Source: an uncultured delta proteobacterium
GTDB taxonomy: Bacteria; Desulfobacterota; Syntrophia; Syntrophales; Smithellaceae
Length of the DNA: 64,000 bases
Assembly: GCA_963753975.1 (NCBI GenBank)
Contig: CAVWEH010000005.1
Location: 1 to 64,000, forward strand
Direction: 5' to 3'
Position 1 is the stretch's first letter. Every line of letters begins with the position of its first letter. Below, in pieces: positions 28,333 through 38,903 of the stretch. Below the pieces are notes generated by a model. It was not told the DNA's origin, did not search any database, and saw only the letters and a program-made list of their open reading frames with translations. The translations under genes were made by a program, and so were the position numbers.

Positions 28333-30075
28333 TTACTTCTTTTCTCCAGTAAAGGTACCGGTTTCCTGTCCTGCAAAATCAACATCTCCGGACATCTTCT
28401 TGCCGTCAACCTTGCCTTTATAAACAGTTGTCATTCCCCCCAGCGTAAACTTCATTTCAAAGTTTCTTCCTTTAACGGCTCCCGTTACCGACGCCTGTCC
28501 AAAACGACCAGAGTAATCACCGGTTAATTTATTGCCCTCTTGCTTCAAAATAAAATCCGGGCTACCCGGGCCGCGTGGCGTTATAACCGACAAATTCCAT
28601 GTGCCGGTCATATCCACTTTTTCTTTTTCGGCCGCCTGGATCACCGCCGCTACGCCTGCTTTATCACTTTTAGCCGGTGCGGTAGTAGTAGAAGTAATGG
28701 TGGTGGTAGCTGATTTAGCGGCCGGAGCAACAGTTGGCGTAGTGGTAGCAGTAGCTGGTTTTGTGGCCGGAGCTGACGAAGTGGGCTTGGGCTTAACAGC
28801 GGGAGCCCGTAGTTTAACGGCTGGAGCCGGTTTTTTCTTTTCTTCTATCTCAACAGCGGCGGCCTTATTAAAACCCTGAGCAGGAAACGGATAAATTAAT
28901 TTGGCCGTCGCGAATTCCCATGGCCAAATAATTTTTATTTTTCCACCTTGCCATTGCATAAGCTTCGGATTAGCTCCTGCTTGATGATTAATGCCCAGAC
29001 TCTTTACAAAAACAAATGTATCGCCCAGCGGGGATTCATATTTTGTCTTCTCCAAGGCCTTAATCAAGGCTTCACTTTCCAGAGTACCCGCTCTTTTGAT
29101 TGCCTCAGCAACAATCATTATATTGGTATAGGCAAGAGGACCGAAGTATGTGGCCGGAGATTCATTAAATTCCTTGTTGAAAGCATCACCGTAATCTCTG
29201 CTTGCTTTATTTTTGCTTTTCATTGATTCGTTCCAGTAACTGTACAACATAACACCTTCGGAACCCGCCAAAGTAGAAAAGTCGGCAGGCCATACCAAAG
29301 TTGTTCCTAAATAAACAGGAGGGGCAAATCCGATATTTTTAGCATTTTCCAGCATTGGTTTAGCGTCTTTTTCCGAACCATCCCAGATAAAAATATCCGG
29401 GCCAAATTTTCTGGCATTACTCAACATTGTCCGATAATCTGTACTGTTATATGCTTCGCCCTTCAGCAAATTTAAATAAGCTTTGGCTATGGGACTGGCA
29501 ATGCTGAAACTATCGGAACCGAAAGGGTCTTCTTTATACGCAACGAATATTATTTTCTTTTTAACATTCGGATACTTTTGGACAACTTCTCTCCACATTT
29601 TTTCATAATACGCGCCGAGTTCATAATCCCAAGACTGCAGGTGAAAAAACCAGTTCTGCCCCTCCAGTGCCTGTTCGACTTTTGCCGAAGACGCTCCACA
29701 CCAAACCGTTACTTTCTTATATTTTTTTAAAGCCGGTACTATTTCCATAGTTGTGGCATTGGCCGTACCGCCAACAAGTATATCAACCTTGTCACTATTG
29801 ACCAATTTCTCTACAACGGCCAAAGCCTTATCCGGCTTCATTTCATCGTCAACTATTATTAATTCCAGTTGCCGTCCCAGCAAACCGCCTGCGGCATTGA
29901 TTTGTTTTACGGCCAATTGCATAGATTTTGATGCATCTTTACCAATTACTTCCGCCAACGGTAAAACGGCACCGATTTTAATTGTCTCAGCTGCCATAGC
30001 AAAATTTGCGATTGTCATAAAAAGGAGGCCGATTGTGAAAACCGTTGATAAAAAGCGGATAAATATCTTAATCAT
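28333..30075 (-). CDS. Branched-chain amino acid-type periplasmic binding protein with Pro/Ala/Thr linker and extra C-terminal beta domain
   Basis: IKIGAVLPL and INAAGGLLGRQLEL; low-complexity linker; C-terminal DMTGTW..LKQEGNKLTG domain. Confidence 0.85.
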   Translation of the reverse strand: MIKIFIRFLSTVFTIGLLFMTIANFAMAAETIKIGAVLPLAEVIGKDASKSMQLAVKQINAAGGLLGRQLELIIVDDEMKPDKALAVVEKLVNSDKVDILVGGTANATTMEIVPALKKYKKVTVWCGASSAKVEQALEGQNWFFHLQSWDYELGAYYEKMWREVVQKYPNVKKKIIFVAYKEDPFGSDSFSIASPIAKAYLNLLKGEAYNSTDYRTMLSNARKFGPDIFIWDGSEKDAKPMLENAKNIGFAPPVYLGTTLVWPADFSTLAGSEGVMLYSYWNESMKSKNKASRDYGDAFNKEFNESPATYFGPLAYTNIMIVAEAIKRAGTLESEALIKALEKTKYESPLGDTFVFVKSLGINHQAGANPKLMQWQGGKIKIIWPWEFATAKLIYPFPAQGFNKAAAVEIEEKKKPAPAVKLRAPAVKPKPTSSAPATKPATATTTPTVAPAAKSATTTITSTTTAPAKSDKAGVAAVIQAAEKEKVDMTGTWNLSVITPRGPGSPDFILKQEGNKLTGDYSGRFGQASVTGAVKGRNFEMKFTLGGMTTVYKGKVDGKKMSGDVDFAGQETGTFTGEKK

Positions 30076-30576
30076 TTATAATCCCTCCACAAAGTTTAAT
30101 AAATGTAATGAATTAATATATTAAATGTTTTCACCACAGCGCAAAACATTAAATACTGGTTTATCTGCTCGAACGGCAATTCTCAGGATACTTCTTTTCT
30201 TATTTGTGGTTTGTAGCAAGATAAGCGGACTAGCAATTGAGTTAATATTTACGTAAAACATTGAAGCACTTCCCCGTAGAATTTAAAGTTATCTAAAGTT
30301 ATCTTCAAGTTACGTGTATTTATTAACAGGAAACACTATTTATGTCAAGAGGTATATAGAGAAAAATCCATGTGCCGTCTGTATTAAATGAAAAATTTGA
30401 AACACCGCCGGGCAATGCTTTTTATACATTTGGCGACGGTAAATAATAAAGAGCAAGTTTCAAAAACAACGTACATCTTCAAATTGGCAGGCAGATAATT
30501 ATGTGTTAGGAATTAAACAGAACGTATTTATGTAATGAGAATAAATTTATAATCAATATTAGGATAATTATAAAGC

Positions 30577-31071
30577 ATGACTATCCCTATAGTATCCATT
30601 GTCGGCAAATCCAGCGCCGGCAAGACAACCTTATTGGAAAAAATAATTCCCGAATTAGTAAAAAGGGGATACCGCGTAGCTACAATCAAGCACGATGTTC
30701 ATGGTTTTGAAATAGATCATAAAGGCAAGGACAGCTGGCGGCACAAGAAAGCAGGCGCCCACACAACGATTATTTCTTCCCCTCTGCGGATAGCTTTGGT
30801 TGAAGACGTAGATCACGATCAGACGCTAGACGAAATCAGAAAGGAATACATTAAAAAGGTGGATATAATTCTTACCGAAGGTTACAAGGGCAACCCTTTC
30901 CCCAAAATCGAAGTTTTCCGCTCTGCACTGAAGCGTACGCCTTTATGCAAAAAAGAGGATAATTTACTGGCAATTGCCTCGGATATAAAGCTGGATATCG
31001 GCGTTCCTTGTTTTGATATCAATGATTTCCAAAGCCTTGTCGATTTAATAGAAAATAAATTTTTAAAATAG
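30577..31071 (+). CDS. mobB: Molybdopterin-guanine dinucleotide biosynthesis protein B
   Basis: GKSSAGKTTL, IKHDVH, GKDSWRH, EGYK. Confidence 0.93.
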   Translation: MTIPIVSIVGKSSAGKTTLLEKIIPELVKRGYRVATIKHDVHGFEIDHKGKDSWRHKKAGAHTTIISSPLRIALVEDVDHDQTLDEIRKEYIKKVDIILTEGYKGNPFPKIEVFRSALKRTPLCKKEDNLLAIASDIKLDIGVPCFDINDFQSLVDLIENKFLK

Positions 31072-31229
31072 TTATCAATGACAGAATCGTTAACGGAAGT
31101 AAGAACTAAATACGGCGATTCTCATTTCGGTCACATTTCTCTCGACGGATCTAAAAGGCAAACAACACTCGATAAGGTGTAACAATAAAAGCAATACAAA
31201 TTCGTAAGCAAAGAGCGACAAATACATCC

Positions 31230-32615
31230 TTATTCCTTAATTTTTAGGCTTTTCCGCAGATAATTTTTAAAATCAGTGTAATTATTTGTCATGGATATGG
31301 CTTTCCCCGCTCGACGATCGATGTCTTTTAAACTTTCGGGTAAATTCAATTTTAATCCCAGAAGCTTTTGAATTTCTTCCGGGAATTTTGCCGGGTGAGC
31401 GGTTTCCAGACAAATGACCATTTTTTTATCCGAGGTTTTACTTAAATAATCTTCCAGGCCTGCCCAGCCGACAGCTCCATGCTGTTCTAAAACCACATGG
31501 TAACGCGCGTAGACACTCCGAATGGTTTTTCTGGTTTGTTCATCCGAAACGCTTATCGAATATATATATCGCCTCATTTCTTCTATGTCGGGATAGCGAT
31601 GCACATTCCCCGCTCGGTCAACAGTGCCGCCGTACAACTCAAAGAAACGCGCCAGATTGCTGGGATGTCCGACATTCATGGCGTTGGAAATGCACGCTCG
31701 AGAAGGCGAAACCTTATTGTACCTGCCGGATTTCAAGAAGACGGGAAATTCATCATTTTCATTGGTGGGCATAACGAGCTTAGCCACCGGCAAGCCCATG
31801 CGGCGTGCGTATTCACATCCCAGGGCGTTCCCGAAGTTCCCCGAAGGAACCGAGAAGACTACTTCTTCTTCGGCAGAGGCAAGCTGGGCGTAAGCGTAAA
31901 TATAGTAAACTATCTGCGGTAAAATCCGGCCAAAGTTAATCGAATTGGCCGAAGATAAATTAAATTTAGCCAACTCCGGATCGGCAAAAGCTTGTTTGAC
32001 CAAGTTCTGGCAGTCATCAAATTTCCCCTCTACACAGAGAGAATGGACATTACCGCCGATGGTATCGAGCTGCTTTTTTTGCCGGAGACTTACTTCTTCG
32101 GCCGGATAAAGAATAGCAACATCGATTCCTGCGACTCCCTTAAAAGCTTCACCCACGGCACTTCCCGTATCACCGGATGTAGCCACCAAGATATTGATGC
32201 GTTCACCCTTTGGGCGACAGTGACTCATGAGCCTCGCCATCATCCGCGCAGCAAAATCTTTAAATGATGCAGTGGGGCCTTGATCCAAATGCATCACGTA
32301 GGCTTGCGGGCATACTTCCTCCAAAGGCACGGAAAAGTTATAAGAGTCGGCAACAACATTTTTCAGAATTTTATCGGAAAATTCATCAGACAGAAACGTC
32401 CTCGCTACAAGCAGCGCAGTTTCCCGGTAAGGCTTACTTTTCAACTTTTGTATATCTTTTAACGGAAGAAGCGGTATTTTATCCGGCATAAACAAACCTT
32501 CATCCGGAGCCTGGCCGGTAAGCAATGCCTCTCGGAACGAAACTCTTCCGGTAAAAGGAATAATCCCCGGAACATTATTCAAATAACGGTTTGTGCTGTA
32601 ATACTTGATAGACAT
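31230..32615 (-). CDS. thrC: Threonine synthase
   Basis: GPTASFKDF (PLP Lys), ATSGDTG, SANSIN, PSGNFGN, TAHPAKF. Confidence 0.95.
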   Translation of the reverse strand: MSIKYYSTNRYLNNVPGIIPFTGRVSFREALLTGQAPDEGLFMPDKIPLLPLKDIQKLKSKPYRETALLVARTFLSDEFSDKILKNVVADSYNFSVPLEEVCPQAYVMHLDQGPTASFKDFAARMMARLMSHCRPKGERINILVATSGDTGSAVGEAFKGVAGIDVAILYPAEEVSLRQKKQLDTIGGNVHSLCVEGKFDDCQNLVKQAFADPELAKFNLSSANSINFGRILPQIVYYIYAYAQLASAEEEVVFSVPSGNFGNALGCEYARRMGLPVAKLVMPTNENDEFPVFLKSGRYNKVSPSRACISNAMNVGHPSNLARFFELYGGTVDRAGNVHRYPDIEEMRRYIYSISVSDEQTRKTIRSVYARYHVVLEQHGAVGWAGLEDYLSKTSDKKMVICLETAHPAKFPEEIQKLLGLKLNLPESLKDIDRRAGKAISMTNNYTDFKNYLRKSLKIKE

Positions 32616-32801
32616 TATGCTTACTTTCTTTTTTAGTGTCCTTTCTTTAATCCCATTGCAGTAAATAAATCAATAAAAATCCAGACGGGCCCCTACGATA
32701 GATTGGAATTAAACCAGGAATGGAATTCCGGTTGGAAAATACATCCGTATGTGTTAAAAATAACACGTGGAAAATATTTGAAAAGATTGGCCAAGGAGAA
32801 A

Positions 32802-33854
32802 ATGGAAGAAAAAAAGATTCTTCGTTTAACAGAAACAGTACAAGGCGCGGGTTGAGCCTGTAAGATAGGTCCGGGAGACCTTGCCGAAATACTGCGAGAT
32901 TTGCCGCTGATTTCCGATCCTAATCTGATCGCGGGAATTGAACATGCGGAAGACGCGGGAGTGTATAAACTTTCCGCTGATCTCGCCCTGGTGCAAACGG
33001 TCGATTTTTTTACCCCTATTGTTGACGATCCTTATATATTCGGCCAAATCGCCGCAACCAACGCATTAAACGATGTCTACGCCATGGGCGGAAAGCCGAT
33101 AACAGCGATGAATATTGTTTGCTTTCCGATCAAGAAAATGGACATATCGATTCTGCGGGAAGTTTTACGCGGTGGCTTGGATAAAATGCGTGAGGCAGGT
33201 GTTCTGCTCGTGGGCGGTCACAGTGTTGAAGACAATGAAATAAAATATGGTCTTTCCGTAACCGGGCTAATCCATCCGGACAAGGTTTTATTCAACCAAG
33301 GCGCCAGAGACAAAGACAGCTTGATTCTCACCAAACCATTGGGCACCGGAATTGTCAGCACAGCGTTGAAAGGCAGAGCGGTAAGCGAACACTTACTTCA
33401 AAAAGCAATTGCCAGCATGACGGAGCTCAACAAAAAAGCTTCAGAGATGATTATTTCCGAAGGTAACATTCACGCTTGCACCGATATAACCGGCTTTGGT
33501 TTTTTGGGACACGCCTGCGAAATGATCGAAGGCGGCAATGTCGGCCTGCGTATAAATTCCGCCGCAGTCCCGGTGTTTGAAGGAGTGCGTCAATTGGTAG
33601 AAACAGGTTTTGTTCCCGGCGGCCTTTACCGCAATAAAGATTTCCGCATCAAGCAAGTCGAAAAAGAACAGACCTGCCCGGACTGGGTTTTTGACGTTCT
33701 GTTCGATCCCCAAACAGCCGGAGGATTATTGTTTAGCCTACCCGGAAAACAGGCGCACGCTTTTGTAAAAAAAATGCATGATTCCCGGATAACAAATGCC
33801 GCCGTTGTTGGCGAAGTTGTCGTACAACATCCCGGTAAAATTTTTGTTTACTAA
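32802..33854 (+). CDS. selD: Selenide, water dikinase (selenophosphate synthetase), selenocysteine-containing
   Basis: AAGGAG RBS, ATG at 32802, MEEKKILRLTETVQGAG-U-ACKIGPGDL with in-frame TGA at 32853-32855, continuing into the ORF-track 32901 frame (EDAGVY, QTVDFFTP, TDITGFG, DPQTAGGL). Confidence 0.95.
32867..32881 (+). promoter_or_regulatory. Bacterial SECIS-like hairpin in selD
   Basis: AGGTC-CGGGA-GACCT stem-loop starting 12 nt after the UGA, G-containing loop. Confidence 0.75.
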
Positions 33855-33885
33855 GTCACTCGGCCTGGTTTTTTAAGCTCAAACC

Positions 33886-34965
33886 ATGAAAACAGAGACC
33901 ATCCACATAAAAAAAGAAACAGAGCAAAACTTTAAAAAGCTCATGGATATGGCACGCCCTGATGATTCTTTGCTCTTGCTTCTGCACGGCAGCCCCGATC
34001 CTGATGCCATAGCTTCCGCCATGGCTCTGCATGAACTTATCCAGCGCACAAAAGGCCTGGCTAAAGGTATTTTTGTTTCCACGGAACCGCTGGTTAGGCA
34101 GCAAAATGCCGAATTTGTTTTAGCCATGCGTCTCCATATCCACTTAGTCAATCAAGTGGATTTGAATGCTTACCGTTTAATCGCGCTGATAGATGCTCAA
34201 CCTTCTTTTCTTAGCGGCGCATTGAGATCTATCCAGCCCCATATTGTTTTCGATCATCACCCCCGCGAAGGCCGATGGCAAGCGGATATGGAAGATATCC
34301 GGCCCAACTACGGCGCTTTATCCAGCGTCTTGACCGAATATTTGCTCTGTGCCCATATTAAAATCCCGCGCAACCTGCATACAGCCCTTCTTTACGGGAT
34401 CAAAACCGATACAGGCAATTTCGATCGCGATACTATTTTCGAAGATATTAGCGCATACACTTATCATACAAAATACGCCAATATGCAACTCATACGCCGC
34501 ATAGAACTTAATCAAACACCGGGCCGTTTTTTGAAATATTACGATCACGCCTATCATCACATGAATAATTTCCGCGGCCGACGGGTTTGTTTCCTGGGGG
34601 ATATAGAAAGCGCCGATGTTTGCGTTCAGGTGGCCGATTTTTATCTGCGCTTAATCGGCACTTACTATGTTGTCGTGGCCGGAATAGTGAGCGATAGATT
34701 TATCATTACTTTCCGCGGCGACGGATACAGACAGGATTGCGGCGCCATTGCGCAAAGGGCTTTCGGATTATTGGGTAAAGGCGGCGGTCATAGAAGCGCT
34801 GCGCGCATGGAAATTCCTCTGGATGCACTGAAAAAAAAGTTAGGAGGAAATTTATCCCAGCGCAGTGTCGATAGGTTTCTTTTAGAAAGTCTGAAAGGAT
34901 ATCGAAAAATAACCACTGCCGGACAGGAACTCTCCAAAAACAACTCCGGGAAGGAAAACATATGA
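33886..34965 (+). CDS. DHH family phosphoesterase
   Basis: PDPDAIAS, FDHH, GIKTDT, GGGH. Confidence 0.9.
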   Translation: MKTETIHIKKETEQNFKKLMDMARPDDSLLLLLHGSPDPDAIASAMALHELIQRTKGLAKGIFVSTEPLVRQQNAEFVLAMRLHIHLVNQVDLNAYRLIALIDAQPSFLSGALRSIQPHIVFDHHPREGRWQADMEDIRPNYGALSSVLTEYLLCAHIKIPRNLHTALLYGIKTDTGNFDRDTIFEDISAYTYHTKYANMQLIRRIELNQTPGRFLKYYDHAYHHMNNFRGRRVCFLGDIESADVCVQVADFYLRLIGTYYVVVAGIVSDRFIITFRGDGYRQDCGAIAQRAFGLLGKGGGHRSAARMEIPLDALKKKLGGNLSQRSVDRFLLESLKGYRKITTAGQELSKNNSGKENI

Positions 34966-35999
34966 ACTACGTTGGTTTCAAAAAAGAAATGACAACCGGC
35001 CGTTATCTTAACCCCTTCAATGGATTCGAGGAAAAAGAAGTCACTATCGAATTACGCACTGATGAAATTACCGGCGTGGCCTGCCGGATACTGCCCTATC
35101 GCGTCCGCCCGGCCCAAAAGCCTGATTTGAATTTCTATCTCGATAAATCGCCGGAATCGTTATGCCCTTTTTGTTCCACTCTGTTTGAAAAAACGACACC
35201 GAGATTTACGGCGGATATCATTCCGGAAGGAAAATTCAAGCATGGAGAAGCGTGCCTGTTTCCCAATGCCTTCCCTTACGACCAAAACAACTCTGTGGCC
35301 ATTTTCTCCTCAAGGCATTTTATTCCCCTGGACGAATTAACGCCGCAGACGATGCAAGCGGGCTTTGACGTTTGCCGCGATTATTTTCACCGTATCGCCG
35401 GAATGAATTTGGGTTACAAATACTGTTCCATCAACTGGAACTATATGCCGCCGGCCGGCGGCGGACTGGTTCATCCGCATCTGCAGACGATTGTGGGCGA
35501 CAAACCGACCAATTTCATGCAACGCCTGTTGACCAGCGCGCAAAGTTATGCGGCGGCGGAAAACGGCGATAGTTTATGGCGCAATTTGATTGCCCTGGAG
35601 AAAGACGCAAAAGAAAGATTCATTGCCTCTACCGGCACTATCTGCTGGCTGACCAGTTTCGCGCCCAAGGGCATGGCCGGAGAGATTGATTTCATCTTTC
35701 AGGAGAAAACTTCTTTTTTTGATTTAACGGAGGCAAATTTCACCGAACTTCTTGCCGGATTGGCTAAAGTATTCGGCTATCTTTACGCGAATAATTTTAT
35801 AAGTTTCAATATGTCCCTTTACGCCCCGATGATACATAATCGTTATTTCTGGGTACAGGGTAAAATTGTGCCGCGTTTTGTAATCAATCCGCTGGGGACA
35901 AGCGATTTGAACTATTTTGAAAAACTGCACAATGAAATTATTTGCCCGACTGTTCCGGAAGAGCTCTGCCGCGAACTGCAACTTTATTTCCAGCAGTGA
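34962..35999 (+). CDS. GalT-like (HIT-superfamily) nucleotidyltransferase
   Basis: CPFC, FPNAFPY, NYMPPAGGGLVHPHLQ. Confidence 0.8.
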   Translation: MNYVGFKKEMTTGRYLNPFNGFEEKEVTIELRTDEITGVACRILPYRVRPAQKPDLNFYLDKSPESLCPFCSTLFEKTTPRFTADIIPEGKFKHGEACLFPNAFPYDQNNSVAIFSSRHFIPLDELTPQTMQAGFDVCRDYFHRIAGMNLGYKYCSINWNYMPPAGGGLVHPHLQTIVGDKPTNFMQRLLTSAQSYAAAENGDSLWRNLIALEKDAKERFIASTGTICWLTSFAPKGMAGEIDFIFQEKTSFFDLTEANFTELLAGLAKVFGYLYANNFISFNMSLYAPMIHNRYFWVQGKIVPRFVINPLGTSDLNYFEKLHNEIICPTVPEELCRELQLYFQQ

Positions 36000-36027
36000 T
36001 CCCGATAGCTTGAAGCTACGGGATTAA

Positions 36028-36315
36028 TCATTCTTTCTTATCGGCCTTTACTGTTTCAGTCTTGGCTATTTCTTTAGCAGCCGGAGAGGTTTCGCTGGTT
36101 TCAGCTTTTTCCGCTTTGACGGCCGCCGGAGGTTTTTTCCCGGCATAATCTGTTGTATACCAGCCCGAACCTTTCAAGCTGAACGAAGAAAGTGACACCA
36201 GCTTTTGGACCTTCCCTCGACAGAACTCGCAGGTTTTTAATTCCGGATCGGAAATTCCCTGAAACACTTCATATTGTCTGCCGCATTTTTGGCATTTATA
36301 TTCATAAATAGGCAT
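36028..36315 (-). CDS. FmdB-family zinc ribbon protein
   Basis: MPIYEYKCQKC..CEFC..KGSGWYTTDY. Confidence 0.9.
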   Translation of the reverse strand: MPIYEYKCQKCGRQYEVFQGISDPELKTCEFCRGKVQKLVSLSSFSLKGSGWYTTDYAGKKPPAAVKAEKAETSETSPAAKEIAKTETVKADKKE

Positions 36316-36342
36316 ACTAAAAACCCCCTCTACAACTATCGA

Positions 36343-36879
36343 TCAATTAATTAGATCGCCAATTTTAAAATCGTTGCTGAAACATTCTAAAACTATTCCC
36401 AGGTCATGCTCTTGGACCGGCCGCAAAGCCTCTCTCGTGAGGCCGTGAACAATCTTTTCTTCCTTTTCCTTTTCCGCACTCACCGCATCAAAATCGCTCT
36501 CACCATTGCCAAAACGCAAGACATGTATCAACTCATGGACGGCAATATAAAGCATCAGGGGGCTTAACTTTATAAACGGAGTTGCTCTTTCTACCGCGTC
36601 CAGAATGATATTATCCTGCAGGCACACCCGGTAAAAATCAAACCCGCCTTTCCCGTTTTCAGCCAAGCTCTCGCGTTTACCGTAAGCATATTTGCAAAGA
36701 TGCGCAAAAGCGCCGTCTTTTATTTCATGTTGATCCAAATAAGCAAGTGTTTTTACATCATACTTATTCTTTTTTAACTGATCTTCGCTCAACCTGAAAT
36801 TGCGCACAACGAGCTTTTCGGCATCGTTAAATGCTTTATTTGCCATCGGCAACTGCGCCGCACTAAAATAAGGAGACAT
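36343..36879 (-). CDS. Hypothetical protein with HExxH zinc-metallopeptidase-like motif
   Basis: VHELIHVLRF followed by downstream EE. Confidence 0.65.
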   Translation of the reverse strand: MSPYFSAAQLPMANKAFNDAEKLVVRNFRLSEDQLKKNKYDVKTLAYLDQHEIKDGAFAHLCKYAYGKRESLAENGKGGFDFYRVCLQDNIILDAVERATPFIKLSPLMLYIAVHELIHVLRFGNGESDFDAVSAEKEKEEKIVHGLTREALRPVQEHDLGIVLECFSNDFKIGDLIN

Positions 36880-37020
36880 AAACTCACCGCAAAACCTATT
36901 CAAACTTCGTAAATAACATATGCATTTAATTGATTAATGTCAAGACGGGGGGCGTGTTGACGGATCATGCCAAAAACTAAAATTAAATTGACATCTTCAT
37001 TGTCCAAAGCGTATATCAAA

Positions 37021-37152
37021 GTGGAGACTCTTCCGGTCGCAGATGACCTTTAGGTTACAGGAGCCGGAGGCTCCTTACAATAATGCGACCTCCCGCAGGT
37101 TACACCGCATTCCTCCTCCGGCTGAAGCCGAGGGGATTCCAAACCGCGGGAT
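37021..37152 (+). repeat. Repeat family 2, copy 1
   Basis: GTGGAG..GGTCGCAGATGACCTTTAGGTTACAGGAGCCGGAGGCTCC..TAATGCGACC..CGCGGGAT; aligns to 44186-44313. Confidence 0.88.
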
Positions 37153-37185
37153 GAAAATGATACAATAATATTGTAAGGAGAAGCT

Positions 37186-37644
37186 ATGCAGCAGCCCCTG
37201 AACTTTTATAAAGGTATTCGTAAGCGCTCATCCACAATTGTTTTTGGCCTGCCGCTCTGGGCTATAGCGCTGGGGCCGGATCCCGAAAAAGGCGAGATTC
37301 GCGGCTATGCCCGCGGCTTTATTGCCATCGGCGATATCGCCAGAGGCTTCATTGCTCTGGGTGGTGTTGCTTACGGCGGAATCGCCATCGGCGGCCTTTC
37401 CCTGGGTCTCGTTTCGCTGGGCGGTCTGAGCGTGGGGCTTTTTGCTTTCGGCGGATTAGCCATCGGCGGCATTGCTTTCGGCGGCGCGGCAATCGGCATC
37501 GTCGCTATCGGAGGAGCCGCGTTTGGATACTATGCGCTGGGCGGCGGCGCTTTCGGCAAATACGTTGTTTCCGCAATGGAAAGAAACCCCGAGGCTGTCG
37601 AATTTTTCAAACAATTGTTTCCGAATCTACCGATAATGAAATAG
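37186..37644 (+). CDS. Glycine-rich membrane hypothetical protein
   Basis: FGLPL, then repeated G(x)IA(I/L)GG pentads. Confidence 0.75.
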   Translation: MQQPLNFYKGIRKRSSTIVFGLPLWAIALGPDPEKGEIRGYARGFIAIGDIARGFIALGGVAYGGIAIGGLSLGLVSLGGLSVGLFAFGGLAIGGIAFGGAAIGIVAIGGAAFGYYALGGGAFGKYVVSAMERNPEAVEFFKQLFPNLPIMK

Positions 37645-37655
37645 CAGGATGGGAT

Positions 37656-38777
37656 ATGGCGCAGAAAACTAAATTAAGGATCGGCGTTTTATACGGCGGC
37701 CGGTCGGGCGAGCACGATGTTTCGCTTTGTTCCGCTGCTTCGGTTATTTCCGCACTCGACAAAAATAAATACAAAGTAACAGCCATCGGCATTGACCGGG
37801 GAGGAAAATGGTATGTGCAGGAAAAACCGCAAATTTTGCAGCACAAAGATTTCGGCAAAGTGCTGGCCCTAAAAAAGAAAGGCAAGTGGCTCGTCAATCA
37901 CTTTCAACAAAACAATCAATTGCACCTCTACGATCTCAAAAACAAAAATAAAAAAATTGTTGTAGATGTAATCTTCCCTGTTCTGCACGGAACATTCGGC
38001 GAAGACGGCACACTGCAGGGCTTGCTTGAGCTGGCGATGGTACCTTACGTCGGGGCTGATGTCATCGGTTCCGCGATCGGGATGGATAAGGATGTCGCCA
38101 AGAGATTGCTTCATGAAGCACGAATCCCCGTCGTCCCTTCGATAACCGTAAGCAAACGGCAGTGGAAAAATGATTCACAGGATATAATGCAAAATGCGCT
38201 CGACAAACTGGGCTTGCCTCTGTTCGTTAAACCCGTGTGCACAGGCTCATCTGTAGGCATCAAAAAAGTAAAGGAAAGAGAGTCACTTGCCAAAGCAATT
38301 AATTTTGCCTTTCAATTCGACACACGGGTGCTGATAGAAAAAGGGATAGACTGCCGCGAAATTGAATGTGCGGTGCTGGGAAATGACGATCCGCAAGCTT
38401 CCACACTGGGCGAAATAATTCCTCATCACGAATTTTATTCCTACGAAGCCAAGTATCTTGATCCCGAAGGCGCATCTTTGAAAATTCCGGCGCAAATCGA
38501 TTCGTCCCTTGCCGACAAAATCGGGAAAACTGCGGTTGCCGGATACACAGCGCTAGGCTGCAGCGGCATGGCCAGAGTTGATTTCTTTTTGGATAAAAAG
38601 ACGAATGAATTTTATCTCAACGAAATAAATACCATTCCCGGCTTCACCAGCATCAGCATGTATCCCAAACTATGGGAAGCCACCGGCCTCAAATACCCCG
38701 ATCTTCTGGACAAGCTCATTCAATTGGCACTGGAACAGCATAAGAAAAAATTGGAAATTAAGACAGAAGGTGTTTAG
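37656..38777 (+). CDS. ddl: D-alanine--D-alanine ligase
   Basis: GGRSGEHDVS, HGTFGEDG, MDKDVAK, GSSVG, YEAKY, NEINTIPG. Confidence 0.96.
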   Translation: MAQKTKLRIGVLYGGRSGEHDVSLCSAASVISALDKNKYKVTAIGIDRGGKWYVQEKPQILQHKDFGKVLALKKKGKWLVNHFQQNNQLHLYDLKNKNKKIVVDVIFPVLHGTFGEDGTLQGLLELAMVPYVGADVIGSAIGMDKDVAKRLLHEARIPVVPSITVSKRQWKNDSQDIMQNALDKLGLPLFVKPVCTGSSVGIKKVKERESLAKAINFAFQFDTRVLIEKGIDCREIECAVLGNDDPQASTLGEIIPHHEFYSYEAKYLDPEGASLKIPAQIDSSLADKIGKTAVAGYTALGCSGMARVDFFLDKKTNEFYLNEINTIPGFTSISMYPKLWEATGLKYPDLLDKLIQLALEQHKKKLEIKTEGV

Positions 38778-38903
38778 TCGTAGACTTTCATTTGATAGAT
38801 CGACGGTTACTGATACTTTACTAAAAATAAATGTGCTTGTGGAGTGAAGATGGAAAAAAATTAACTGCCATTATTTGGGAGGCAATGCGAGATTTAAACA
38901 ACA

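Noticed and set aside
31076..31137. CAATGA..CATT hairpin as a ninth 54-nt unit
   Set aside because: Lacks the GA-ATTR end and the stem geometry; at best heavily decayed
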